This document shows positions 1-14,000 of a DNA stretch of 64,000 nucleotides, piece after piece. Both the position numbers and the translations under genes were made by a program. This DNA comes from Balanoglossus misakiensis (Eukaryota; Animalia; Hemichordata), in NCBI GenBank assembly GCA_040954595.2, contig CM082595.2:581690-645689 (forward strand), read 5' to 3'. Numbering within the stretch: position 1 is the stretch's first letter; every line of letters begins with the position of its first letter. The notes under the pieces are model-generated. The model saw only the letters and a program-made list of their open reading frames with translations. It had not been told where the DNA came from and made no database searches.

Positions 1-1178
1 AGTCCTGTTAGCAGTGGTGGTGATTTACATCCGAAATAAAGACTCCAGTTATCCCCTACCCAGCTTCAGAATGTTCTGTATGTAAATTTTTATTGGGAAA
101 CTGTGATTTTGATAAGGCTAATTCTGTCTTAAAACACTTGAGTACTTGTACGTCAAATCGTGCGACGAATATCAAGTAGTATAAGAAATGTCTCATTCAT
201 GCGTGTTCAGACATAATAAATGATTTCATATATAATAAGATATGGAATGTTTTATAATTCATACAGGATGTGTTGCGGAGTTTACTAATATTTTGAAGTC
301 TGAGTCTGACCAAAATAAAAGTTGATGTCAAAGCGAATACTGTTAGCCCTTTCTCTTGGCGCTATGTACAGTTACTCAACTTTGATAAGGATTGTAATCT
401 GTTCTAAAATATCTGATAATGATAGCTGGTTTTGCAAAATATGATAAAGATTTTAGAAATTGCTAGTAATAATACCTGATACTTCATACTTGATAACTTT
501 TGATTTTGAGGAAATGAATTTGTGAATGTTGTCTGTCAGGAAAGTAACATAGTGTCCATGTCAGATGGTTACCAATAGAGATTTGACCTCATCATCAGCT
601 GCACTATATTTATTTGACGACCATAACCACTTGGCCTATTTCACTTGGGACCCGCGCGGCTTTCTCTGTCTGAGACTCTTGCACACTCTGAAAATGTTTC
701 AAGTGTGTATCGTTTGCGCTAATCTGCAAAATTCCTGCACGGTCTGTGCCGTTCAGCGCGACGATTGTCAGTCCATATCCGCGCAGTCAATTTGCAAAAG
801 AAACTTTTGGTGGTGAGAGTTTGGTGATGCTAATTAGCCATGACAGTTACATAAAGGTGTGTAGAGTTGTCTTACTGGGAGAATAGCGTGTAAACAAACA
901 GGATGGCCATCAGACTGCCCCGGGCGCTTTTGTGTTGTCCGAGGAATGAAATTGTGTTGAAGGTTGTTTGTATTACGGTGTCTGGCATTTCCATTACATA
1001 GGCCTTTGAACAACTGTGAAGCCCCTTGCATTGTTTAACTGTGTCCAGAATTGGACCGAGGGGTTAAAAAAAGTTTAACATGTAATGTTCTGTTGTGTAC
1101 CTGTGTTACAGTTACATAATCAGAACTGCTACGATCTTTTGTTTTAGAGTGTCATTTATTCATAGATTTCCTTCTGCG

Positions 1179-1281
1179 AGATAGACAAACTTATTGGCAT
1201 CCAGTTTGTCTTGGTGAAGACCCTAGAGCAAGATAGACAAACTTATTGGCATCAAGTTTGTCTTGGTGAAGACCCTAGAGC
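1179..1281. repeat. 52-bp direct tandem duplication (2 copies), each with an internal inverted repeat
   Basis: AGATAGACAAACTTATTGGCATC(C/A)AGTTTGTCTTGGTGAAGACCCTAGAGC starts at 1179 and 1231. AGACAAACT/AGTTTGTCT are self-complementary arms. Confidence 0.9.
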
Positions 1282-2062
1282 TGGTCTCTCCCAGATGACA
1301 CTAATTCTAAAGTTTAAATCAACATATTGAACACTAAATAGTAACTGTGTACACCTGTTTGGAGCAAATCAAATATTAATGACCGTTTATCATCTGATAA
1401 CAGAATATCTTGTACACACCTTTATTTATTCATGTGTGTTCACTTCAAGAAATCGCTTCTGATAACAAAACCCACTGCGTGTTGCATATCAGCAAAGTTC
1501 AGTGGGAAAATGGGAAGTTTTGGACGTTTTTCCGAGGTAGACTCCACAATAGAAATAAAGAAGAATCCTGGCCGACTGTACAGCACTATTGGAAGCCATA
1601 CCACAGGAGATGCACATTTAAAACAAAAATGCTTAGCCTTAAGAGTTGTGTTTTCACAGAAAGAAATATACAGTGGGGAACATGACTGTTTTAATTTAGC
1701 CAACCATCCATTTGAAAAGGTCAAGTTTACCTTTGACAACAATGGAATTGACAAAACTATTGTATACAAAAGGGCTGGGCCTGGTGTTGATTGAAGACGG
1801 CTATTAGACCCACAGTACCTGTCAATTTGGGTTTCAATTGATAGTCAATTGATTGGTGCTCATTTTGTCGGCCAAGTATGAGACTTGTAAATAAAGATTC
1901 GTGGGTATTTGCTAAGTCGACTTGCTTCATTAAAATTGCTCTTAAAGTGTATATGCACTTTTGGGTAATAATATTTCTTCTCATTCATTTCTTATGCTTT
2001 CTTCTCAATGTCTCGGATGATTAGTATAATTACTAATTAATTTGTTCTTTTGTTTATTGCAG

Positions 2063-5000
2063 ATGTTCCTTTCGTAACAAGAGAACCAACCACAGAAGGT
2101 ATGTGCTGTACTTTGTTGGCTAGCCAGTGTTATCGTAAAAAAACTTTGTATCTGAGGACTTGCCCCTAAGTCCTCAGGATCTGTGAACTGACTCTGCCTG
2201 AAAAATAAGCCGCCCTAGATTCTACACTATTAGCTCTGGGGCATATTCAGTGAGATTTATGATAACTTTTAATTATGTTGATACGGTTTCCATCATGAAT
2301 TTAATTTGCGTGGGTCTCTAATGCCTTTGAATGATCCTGAGGTCTTACTGCAACACACTCAATGAAAACATGTCAGCTTGATTTACTGTGCACTTCATAA
2401 ATATCAATTAGACATGATTATGAAGGATTTTGCTCTCCAGGAGTGGCTAATTGAAGACAGAGTAATTAGGATTATGTCTAAAACCCTTTTTGCAAACACC
2501 ACTGTTTGTCACCAGATTTCATGTCAAGTCTTCAATAGCAAAATATTGATTTACCTGGCAGCCAACTGGAAAACTCTATTTTCCATTTTTAATGCATTTA
2601 GGGACTTCTATAGAAACCACTTGGGGTTTGAATAGCAATTTATTCAATTTTGTTAAATACATTGTCCTGGCAGAAAGGGTGTGTTTACAGTATTGCAAAG
2701 CATTTCTAGGGTCGAGTGTACAAACATTAGTTGAGGCTTTGGAAACAATGACATCACCCAAACCAGATTAATTTCATTGTTGTGTTAATGAATGTGAATG
2801 CATATGCTTTCATTAGAAACAAAAAGATTGCAAATCATGACGGGGAATTCTCTTTGTGGTGAGCTTTTACCGCTGTACAGAAATAGCTGAGAATATAATC
2901 TATTTCATGCTCAGTTCTCGAGCAGCGTAAAAAGAAGGCGACAATTTGTATTCAAGCTGGAATAAGTGAATGATAGAATCTCTGTGTATAAGTAACCCAG
3001 TATAATTAAAGAGACCAGTAGATGGTGGTTTTGAAATACTAAATTTTGATGTAAAAAGATTTATATCTCTGATTTAATTCAAACACTCCTCTTCATTAGT
3101 ACTTCATTTAACATGATATATAATTGTGTTTTTGACCAAGACTTGTATCTGAATCAGGTCAGTTGTGATCACCTGGTGACATAGTTAGAGTTTCATAAAA
3201 TAGAGGCCCAGATACATGTAGCAGTAATTCAACCTTTGTACGTTCTGTTTTATGTACCCTTGCAGAATGTAGAACCCCTGAGGCAATACTGAGTGATTGC
3301 CATACCTTAACATGAAACTTTGTTTCAGTGAAATCTCTTCTACTTTGAGTTGCTCAACCAAAGTGCCATTTGACCAAAGATTGAACAAATTGCAGCTTTC
3401 AAAGGCATAGATTACTATTTCACTGATGAGTGCCACAAAGTTACAGCCACTATTTCAATACACTTTTGTTAGCCAACAAGAAGCTGTGAGAATTCATACC
3501 AACATCACAATGTACATTATTTCATTCTAAAACGCTAACTTCTATTTTACAGGTCCGTGTGCACGGGTACTTTGTGGGTTCGGAGCAATTTGCCAAGTGG
3601 ATGGGAACGGCAATGGTGTCTGCATCTGTCCAGAAATCTGCACTGCCGTCTTTGCGCCTGTGTGCGGCAGCGACTTTGTCACCTACATCAGTGAATGCCA
3701 TCTTCGTGTGGCGTCCTGCTCACAAAGAAAACGCATCACAGTAGACAGTCAAGGCCAATGTGGTAAGACTTGTTTTGTTCTCTTTCTTTCTTGTTTGTCT
3801 TTCATCTGCCCGGTTTCCCAGTGCAGGGATCCAGTCCTGCCATGGAAATCAATGGAGTCAAAACCACTGTTTGTCCGTCAAAGGATTAACTCACATATGC
3901 TGTGTACTGATTACTACATAGGGGCAGACCGCATTGTCCTTCTAGTTGGTCTATTCTGGAACCCCTGTTGGTTTCTTATGCAGATGTGTTTTATGAACTT
4001 TAGAAAACAATGACAAGACATTTTTTGTCACCATGCTCAGGAGAGTAGTTTCTGAAAGAGTTCGAAATGCAGCTAGTATTAGAGATCACTTGAGCATTTG
4101 TGATTTTGGAACACATTCACCTGGGTCCTTCCTGCAACAAAACCACTGAATAATACTGGAAATTTCCTTTTGTGAATGTCACATAAATGAGGACATAAAT
4201 CCATCAAGAAACGGAAGTTTATGTAGAATAAAGTGAGTATTGGAATCCGGCATGTGATACTTGTGGTGAACACTCAGTGTGAATTATTCAGTTCTGCATT
4301 TATTAAATTTTTATTGCGTTTTGCTTTCAAAATACATATTGACAAAACTGGAACCTGTCTCAGCATGGAATTTGATTCAACACATGCATGTGAAATTCCT
4401 GTCTGAAGCCTCTTTAACTAGCCCATGTACAGTTTTTGACATGTTTGAAAGAGATGTTTCAATGACAAAAGTGTACGTGCGTGGCATTCCAATAATCTAA
4501 TTAGTGCCTGATGTTTAGTTCATACTCAGGGCTATCTGTGAAGTGAAGATTATTGTAAAAGATATATCATCATTCATTCCTATAATCTAGTGGTGGGTCT
4601 AAATAATTGATCTGTACTCAGGAACTCCTTAAAAGCATCTTGTTTGCCTGATTCCATATTTCACTTTGGAGTTAAGTACTGAGTCGTGTCACTGTATTGA
4701 AATTTCTCCAAACATTCGACGTTCGAAATAAATATTTTTATTCATCTAGTCCATTCTGAAATACTTTAATTCACCCAGTCACTCCCTGTTTATTTTGAAG
4801 ATGATGATCATGACTTCGGCATATGTCAGTCATGTCATATAAAAGTCAACCAATGTAATTAACTTGAATTCAATTATATAAAACTCTGCTAAGATGAATA
4901 GTGATTTTAGTCGCAATGTCAATATACAATGTACTTTGGATGAGATTCTGTATATGTTATCCTGCAGAAGCTGCTTACAAAGAGAAAGTGATCCCTGGAC

Positions 5001-8000
5001 AAATTGAATTAAGTTAATCATGTTAAAAGCCAAAATGGAACAGTCATAGATGACTAATGAGGAAATCAAATCAAGCTGTCATATAAGGTGAAAGACAGGT
5101 ATTTTCTGATGCCTGTGAGTTTTGACAAAATGAAAAATTTGTGTTACAGTTATCTAAATTATCTATAACTGATGTATAACTTAGGGCAATTTATTTTAAT
5201 GTTTAACCATCGTCAAACACAAATTCAAAATCAAGGTCATCATCTGCTTTATAAGGGGGTGCTGACTGGACAGGTTACGGCGGTGTAGCATTGGCGCTGG
5301 GGGTAGCAGAGCGTTTCAGGCTTGTGTGTTTGATTATTTCCAACGGAAACAATTCTGATTGCTTGCCTTCAATTGGAAACAGGATTTTTTTGGACTAGTT
5401 CAAAAGACTTTGAATATCATGGTGTAATTTCCCATCCTCTCAGTTGTACGTGAGCAAACTATGGTGTCGTTTGTGCTTCATAATGGTTTAATTTTCACTG
5501 CGGTGTACGATTTCTTTTCTGAAGGAGTTCAAAAATAGTAACGTCTATTAGTACGACAGTGTTATACAACAAGTGTAGCGGTTGTCAGGTAAATGCGAGC
5601 AATAGAAAAGTGTACAAAGCTATTTGATCTCCACTCTATTCTGATCTTATCTGCATTTACATACATGAATAAGCAGAGATCAGATCTGAATTTACAAAGC
5701 ATGTTCTCAATACACCTGATGTGTTAACCCCAGTCAGACCTTTCGTGATGTTGGTTTTGCACTGCACCATGAAGTTGCTGTGAATTACGGCAGGATCGAA
5801 CTCAGGATACTTGATCTTTGGCGTCAATGAACCGTTTGTGGCGATCGGAGGGTAGGCATATCAACGCACACAACAGCACAATCGCAGGATAAACACTCTC
5901 GGTTACCAAGTAGGATGTATCCCCTGCTATCCAGTTATTGTCTTCTGTTTAGTTAGGAAATTTAATCAATTTCTAGTAATACAGAAGGGTTTCATGGTAG
6001 TTTGAGTCCTTGGAGATGGAGATACTGGATATCGTGATCATTGTAATGTTGAAACCAGAACAATGTTTCCCACTTTTGGTGATTTCGAGTACTTTACTTT
6101 GACCCATTGATGTTTAAATATTAAAAAAAGTTTGGCATCTAACCAACTGTGCAAAATGTGGTCTCTGCAAGTGAGATATGAAACCAGTCTCACTTTTGTA
6201 GACCGACGCAGAGACTACTTTCCTTGTAACTGTTCATGTCATGTCAAGCCTTGGACGTTGTTTCAGTTGTTAATTTTAGTAACTGTTAATATTAATCCAC
6301 GAGGAGAGAGTATAATGTAAAACTACTGCAAATGTCAGTGAACATAAATACCAACTTTCGAAATGTGGTAATTGACCATTTTGCGTTGTAATCATGCATA
6401 TCAACGTTACTACACATTGCAAGCATTCTTTCTAATTTTAAAGCACGACTTCTGACCTAGACAGCCCGAGAGACATTTGCATGATAGCCTTCGACCCAGA
6501 CATTCATGAAGACATGTGCTTAATAACCTCTGACCCAGACATTCGCCAGGATGTGGTTGACTGACAGGGCAAAAATCGGGGGCCATTTAATTTAATCTCA
6601 GTAGATATCAGTGCCTTGAATTACATTGGAAACACAAACATGTCACATTGATTTCTAGCTCCTGTTTGGAGTAACCTGTATGGTCATAGAAGTTTTTAGA
6701 TTGCCATATGTAACCAGACATTGTGCTCGAAGATGTGTCTGATCTGTGAATATGTGTCGTAGTGTTAAATCGTCGCTGCTGTTTCTATGTTTATCACCTT
6801 TGTATATACTGGACAGGTGCATCATGGGATGAGGTTGGGATCTCATTCAGAATATGATATTTTGAAAAGTGAATTAAACAATGCATTAACTTGCTTAATA
6901 AAGTTAGTAGTCTGGTAATACATGTAGTTTCACTTTCGGACCCCTCTCTCTCTCTTTCTCTCCCTCCCTCCCTCCCTCCTTCCTTCCCTGTGTTTATATA
7001 TTTCGATTGCACTGTCACAACTACAAAGTAATGTTTTGTGTCATCTCATGATTTTGTAGGTACTTCAAGTGATCCATGTTCAAGCAAAGAATGCAGCTAT
7101 GGTGCTACCTGTCAAGTGTCAGGATCTGGCAATGCAGTCTGTGTGTGTCCCGAGAGTTGTAACGCTGGCAGTGATAGTACTGCTGTGTGTGGCAGTGATG
7201 GGAACAATTACGCAAACGAGTGCGAACTCAGAAAATCTGCTTGTCAGACAAAGACAGATATTAGAGTTCAACATCAAGGCCCTTGTGGTAAGTGCAGTCA
7301 AACCTGTGTTAGTGGCCACTATTCATAAGATCATTATAGACAAATTTACATGTATCTGGTTCTGTTCATTTTTCTGGCAGATCCTTGTGAGGGAGTGGCA
7401 TGCAAGAAAGGCTCTGTGTGTAAAGTTGATGATGATATGACAGCTCACTGTCGCTGCCGGGACAAATGCCGCGGAGATGACCAACCAGTTTGTGCAAGTA
7501 ATGGCCAAAGCTATGACAATGAATGCTTTATGCACAGAGAATCTTGTGTCATGGGAATAGAATTAAAAGTCATCAGTCGATCGCGTTGTAACCCTGATAA
7601 CAGTAAGTCGACCTCTTTTGCACTATCAGACATTGGCCAGTTCAGAGTGTTTCTTGATAAGGATTAATTACTTGACATTTGTGGCAGGTGACCTGCAAAA
7701 CCCCACATGGTAAATGTTGAGTGATACACAACAGTATATATCACACGTTTAACCCTTTCACCACCATGGTTTGGCCCAAATCCATTGTTTTCTGTTGTAA
7801 AGTTGGACCTCTAAAGATGGAGCTGGGGGTGCAAGGGCTAAAGTACATGCTTAAAAAATCAAAGTCTTAAGATTTTTATGTTTTTTTTTCACAGATCCAT
7901 GTGAAAGTCTAAACTGCCAGTTTGGAAGGTGCCATGTGGACTCTAACTCAGAAGCATCCTGTGTCTGCCATGATGTTTGTGCAGCGGTTTATAAACCTGT

Positions 8001-11000
8001 TTGTGGTAGCGACTTGAACACATACAGTAATGAATGTGAGATGGAGAAAGCTAGCTGTGAACAGCAAGAGTTGATCATGAAGAAAAAAGACGGCCCCTGT
8101 GGTAAGTCAGGTCTCTCTGCTGCAAATGCTTCATTCATTTGTTTTATTCATGGATCAAATGAATATACACAGATCAATTAACTTACATGTCTTAATATTA
8201 CAACCAATTACAGAGACAAACAGGAATGAGATTGGCTGTGACACATTACAGTGCGACTTTGATGCAACCTGCGTGGTTGGTGGTGATGGCCAAGCCCGAT
8301 GTGAATGCGATATAGGATGCATTGATGAAATTGATCCAGTTTGTGGTTCTGATGGTATGACTTATGGTAATATCTGTGAGCTCCAGGTTGCCTCCTGTCA
8401 ACAACAGAAAGAAATCACTATCATTACAGAAGCCCCTTGTAGTGAGTATCTTTTATCTGTAGTTGGTGATCAAACTCTTGTGATTAAAGTTTGTTATGAA
8501 AAGTAGTCATTGGTTGCAGACCTCCTGAAATTATTGCAATACCGGTAGTAGTTTTAGATAGCTGTTAAATCAGTGTATTGCAATGCATCCCTTGTACACA
8601 TTTCACTTTTGCCACTGTTGGACATGAAGTTATCTGACACTTTACAGTGTCTTGAAACTCCTGGTATTTGATATATGTGCTACTCAGTATCCTTTGGCTG
8701 GTGGGTTAAAACTCGGTAGCCGAGGTTCATGTAGCTGACACTTGCAAGAAAATCGCAAGACATATTGCTTGTAGTTTCTCAGGATACAAGTTGCATATGT
8801 GTTCTCTCACATTCCATGGTCTACTGTTTGACCTGTCCAAGGCACCAGGCTCTTATCAGAAACGGAACCCTTCCCACCCTATTTCTTTGTTTTATGGGAT
8901 AACCCTTGTCATTGAAAAACAATGGGGGTTAATCCAAATTGTGGCAGTGAAAGGGTTGTATATTATTGAGAGACAGTCTGTTTGAAATTGATAAGTGGTT
9001 AGATTATCGCCGGTCCAAAGTACGCATCACTTGCATTAAAACGTGGGTGTGAAATCCAGCTACATCTGATATTCTCTCAGTCATAATTCTACAGGAGACA
9101 TTTTCCACCAAACAGGGTTAGTAGGTACATATCCAAGGGTAGTTATCTTAGCAGCTGTATAATTATGACATGATCCTGTGTTTTCAGGCGATTGTGAGGA
9201 GACCGCCTGTGAATATGGTGCAATCTGTGATCCTAATGGACTCAATGGAGCTGTGTGTATATGTCCAGAACTATGCATTCAAGTGTATTCACCCGTCTGT
9301 GGATCTAATGATGTCACGTATCCTAATGAGTGTGAGCTACGAGTGGAAGCCTGTAGAAAACAGATGATGATTACAGTTGTCGCTCAAGGACCATGTGGTA
9401 AGATCTATTGGTAGCATCACAACAAAGCCACCTTCAGTCTAAAGTGTAATGTCAAGTTATAGATGTAGAAAACCCTAACTAATCCTGAACATTTTCCTTT
9501 CATTTTCTCCCGACTGCATGTTCCATATAGAATCATTGACCTCAAATGGTCAGACAGGTCAGTCCATCGTCTATCATGTCACCATTTATGCACATATCAA
9601 TTTAGTTATTCCTTAATTGTCTGTGTGATTGACAACCACAAACACCAGTGCTCATTTCATAACCAGTGATTGCACCTGCCATCAAGACTTTTCACAATAC
9701 CCATCAAAAGTTTGTTGTTGACCCTTTCACCCCAGTTCCCTCTTTAGAGGTCCAACTGTACCACAGGAAACAATGGGTTTGGACTGCACCATGGTGATGA
9801 AAGGGTTAAAAGTGTGTCTATTCAAAGTGTGTCTGTAAAACTTATAGAACTTTGATGCACCAGAGTGATGTGGTCTCCTGATATAATTTATAAGTGTTAT
9901 TTGTGTGTAACATAGTGTTGCTTGCAGTTTGTCTCAGATTCGACTCATATGAAAATACTTGACGATAAAGATGATGGTTGAGTTCAACACAATCTTGACT
10001 TAATCCTTTTTTCTGTTACTCTGTAATACAGATTTATGCTCCGACGTTAAGTGTGATTACGGTGCTGTTTGTGACCGAGGCCAGTGTGTTTGTCTGTCTG
10101 TGTGTCCGTTGATATATAGCCCCCTCTGTGGCAGCGATGGGAGAACCTATTCCAATGAGTGCGAACTGAAAAGTGCATCGTGTCGTCAACGAAAAGTGAT
10201 TCAGATCATCGAGGATGGTGAATGTGATGATGGTAAGGAAATATAGACTTCCATACGTAGTGTTGATAATTTTTGCTGAGATTGGTTTCAGTATTCGTAT
10301 GTTGTCTCTTTTGAAACATCCTCCTTTCTAAAAAACGTTATGATCATTTCCACAGACATGTCTGGATCCGGATCAGGGGACTTTCCAGACCAAGAAGGTT
10401 CCGGAGATGTAGAGTGTGATGATAATACCTGTAGATATGGTGGTGCTTGTATGTTAGATGTGGATGGCTCCATTGTGTGTACCTGTGAGATGTCATGTCC
10501 TGCTCTGCGTTCACCTGTTTGTGGCTCTGATGGAATGACCTATGGAAATGCATGTGAACTGAAGATGGCCATGTGCGAGAAACAGATGATGATAACTATT
10601 GAAAGAGAAGGCTCCTGTGAAGGTAATTTACTAAATGAAATTAAACCCCAGGGAAATTCATGTGCAGTCAATTATATGAGATAATTTGTGATCAAATATA
10701 CAAGTGAGACAAAGCTTATCTTCTTACAGTTTATCGAAATATGAATTATCAAACGTCAGTTCTGGATTTAGCCCCTCTTTGAGGATTTTCTTTCTTGACA
10801 TATTTCTATGAGGCCTAAACTGGATATTTTGTGAACTATTCAGGTATTGTAATGGAAGCCTGTGATGGTGAAATGCCACTGGTTAATCCAACAACGAATG
10901 AAGAATACTTTTGTGGAGAAGGACCTGATCGCTGTCCAGCAGGCAGTTATTGTCACAAACCTTTTGATAAATGCTGTAATGGTAAGTAGGAATGCGATGG

Positions 11001-14000
11001 CTTGGTTTCTTGTTGTGTGAGGACTGTACATCACTGTGGGCATTACAAATGGTTAACCTACATACACACACTTTTAACATTTGTGTTTCTTTAATTTTGT
11101 GTCTGGCAGAACAAATTGGTCAGAATTGTGAGGACACAATCTTCGGTTGTTGTCCGGATGGGAAGACTGCAGCACAGGGAATCAATGGAGCTGGCTGTCC
11201 CAGTAAGTAACGTTACACCTTCTGTCAATTCCAGCACTAACTTACAAAATGAGTTACTCTGCAGTGTTTGTTGACAAGTTAAGCGATGTTGACAGTGATC
11301 TTTGATATCGTTAGGTTCGTGCGAGTGCAACAAACTTGGATCCTATCTGGAGACGTGTGATCCACAAACCAGGCAGTGTTCTTGCAAACCGGGAGTTGGT
11401 GGTTTGAAGTGTGACCGTTGTGAACCTGGCTATTGGGATTTCAGAGCTATTCAAGATGGAAATATTGGATGCAAAGGTAAGAACTATTACTTTTAGAATA
11501 CAAATACAGTTCGTCATACAAATCAGAGATTAAATAAAGTACTTGAGCAGTCATATAGCCAGCTTCAGGCCTGCCACATAGCAGTCTCAATAACCAGTTT
11601 AGCAGCCTCTTGGACTTGTCAATAAAGGTGATGAAAGACGCAAAACACACAGAGATTTCCCAACTGACTACCATGTTTCACAACAGGTGCAGAGCAGATG
11701 TTCCATTAAATTTAATTCTCTGCCCAACCCTAGTTTTAATTTTGTGCAGCTGTGTATAGACCATACACATGGGGAACCAAAGTGCCTGCAGTTAACATGT
11801 ACATAATAATGTAATGGTGTAACTTTTGGATGTGAAAAAAATTAGATTGGATGTGATATCTAATATTAATAATAATCATAATAAACAGATTGCAAGTGAC
11901 AAAAGAATATTCACATGGTTTTGTTTGTTCATGTTTTACCTTTTGCTAATGATGGAAATTTGGAGAGAGGCTGATATGAAGTGTTTCTTTGTTGATAGCT
12001 TGCAGTTGTTCACGTGGAGGGTCTGTGCGAGATGACTGTGAACAGATGACGGGCAAATGTGTCTGTAAAGATGGTGTCATGGGTATGAAATGTGATGCTT
12101 GTTCTGCTGATCAGGTCATGGGGCCCACTGGATGCAGAGATGGTAAGACTTCTTAGCTGTCATCAGGATTTGCCTTTCAATGATCCTAGCCAAATTATTC
12201 TCAAATACTATGTTAGATATGAATAAAAATCTGTATGAAATTGCTAAATACATGCCCAGTCACTTCTCATGTGAACTGCTGTTTTGATGAATTCGTTTTG
12301 TGTTGCAGTTGATGCACCAACAAAAGAAACAGGAGCAGACTGCGGCGAGTTGCAGTGCAGCTTCGGCGCCGTGTGCGAGATGAAAAACGACGGCACAGCA
12401 CAGTGCAGTTGTCCGTCGGTGTGTACGGCTGATTATAACCCGGTCTGCGGCACAGATGGACAGACCTATGGCAATGAATGTCAGCTGTCCACATTTGCTT
12501 GTCGGGTTCAACAGAATATCCAGGTGGCAAACACAGGACCTTGTGAAAGTAAGTGCTACCCTAAATCAATACTTGTTGTAAAATTTGACAGTGGATGTGT
12601 GTTATATCTGAGCTCCCCTATCCAGGAGTTCATGGGCTTGTGGAAAATCCTTGAAAGTCCTGGAATTTGAAACCACTCCTTTGGGAAGGTCCTTGAAAGT
12701 TTGACTGTGCCACTTTAAGCTGTCATAAGATGTTGTTGATCATTCAGGAAAACTTTTAACAATAAACACGGCACAACCACTCATGGAAGATGTCATTTTT
12801 GACCTTAAACTCCCGGAAAAATCATGGGAAAAATTCCTTCCAAGTCAAGGAAGTTTAAATGATTAAGGATGTGTCCCTGTATTACGTGTGAAAAACTGAT
12901 GTACCTCTCTTCAATCGAGGGTACCAAAACTATTTTCTTATGTTCCCAAATCTAAACAAAACATATTTTGTGTATTTGTTGTGTAGCTACCTTAATAACA
13001 CCGACAGTTCCTATTGGAGGATGTAGCCAGTCTCGGTATGGATGTTGTCCAGATGGTTTCACTGTTGCTAGAGGCCCTGATGACGAGGGATGCCCAGGTA
13101 ACACATTGTTTAAGTCTTTCATTTTTGTAATACCTGCTAGTTTTTTGGCAACGTATCTTTGTCAGCAAAATTAAGTTTATCTGAGTCCTGTGAAGAAGAT
13201 ACAAGTCGGTGCTACAGCTGTACCATGATTGTTTTCTGGAAATTTTCAATGAAAGCTTGTTGTTGTTTATTGTGAGCTTCTGCATGATTGCCTTCCCCAC
13301 CCAAGAATGAAAATTCCATGTCTTCATGAGATTATCCACTAATTGTCAACATTGATGGTGTTGTATTTCAGCCTTGGCTCATTCCTGTAATAGCAATCCT
13401 TGTCTGCATGGTGGTACTTGCGTCAACTCTGATTCTGAGCCCGGATATATCTGTCAGTGCCCTGCTGGAAAAGGTGGACCTGTTTGTAATATTGGTGAGT
13501 CATTGAAATCTTTAGATGTGCCTCTGTTGTGATTGGCAGGCAAGGCTAGAACACAATTGGGTGTGGCATATGGTGTTTGCTTGTAAATGTGTGTGGGTTT
13601 ATGACAATAACAATCTTTATGATTGGTCACATGTTCAGACAGGCGTTTGAACAGCGATTGGTTGTTAAAGGTAGATGGTCACCAGTGCAAATTTGGCCAT
13701 AGTTACCATGGTAGTGTTAGATCTAGCCAATCACATATTTTCAGTGGGTGGCCATGTGAAAAAAATGCAATTCTCTCTTACCCAGAAGAGAAGGGTAAAT
13801 TGTGGTGCTGACTTCTTGTTCTTACAGATGTAGCTTTCTATTTGCCGTCGTTTTCTGGGACTTCCTACATGGCATTCCGCACAATGAAGGGATTCTTCAG
13901 TGTTGAGATCGAGTTGGAATTCCGTACAATGTCAGACGACGGTCTGCTGCTGTTCAACGGACAAAAAGAAGATGGACAGGGAGACTTTCTTTCATTGGCC

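Noticed and set aside
565-1984. Overlapping ORFs of 65-120 aa upstream of the first agrin exon (possible transmembrane-agrin first exon)
   Set aside because: No recognisable motif, no hydrophobic segment and no suitable phase-1 donor; consistent with intron sequence.
6450-6560. Imperfect GACCCAGACATT repeats
   Set aside because: Only 2-3 degenerate copies with irregular spacing; not a CRISPR or functional array.
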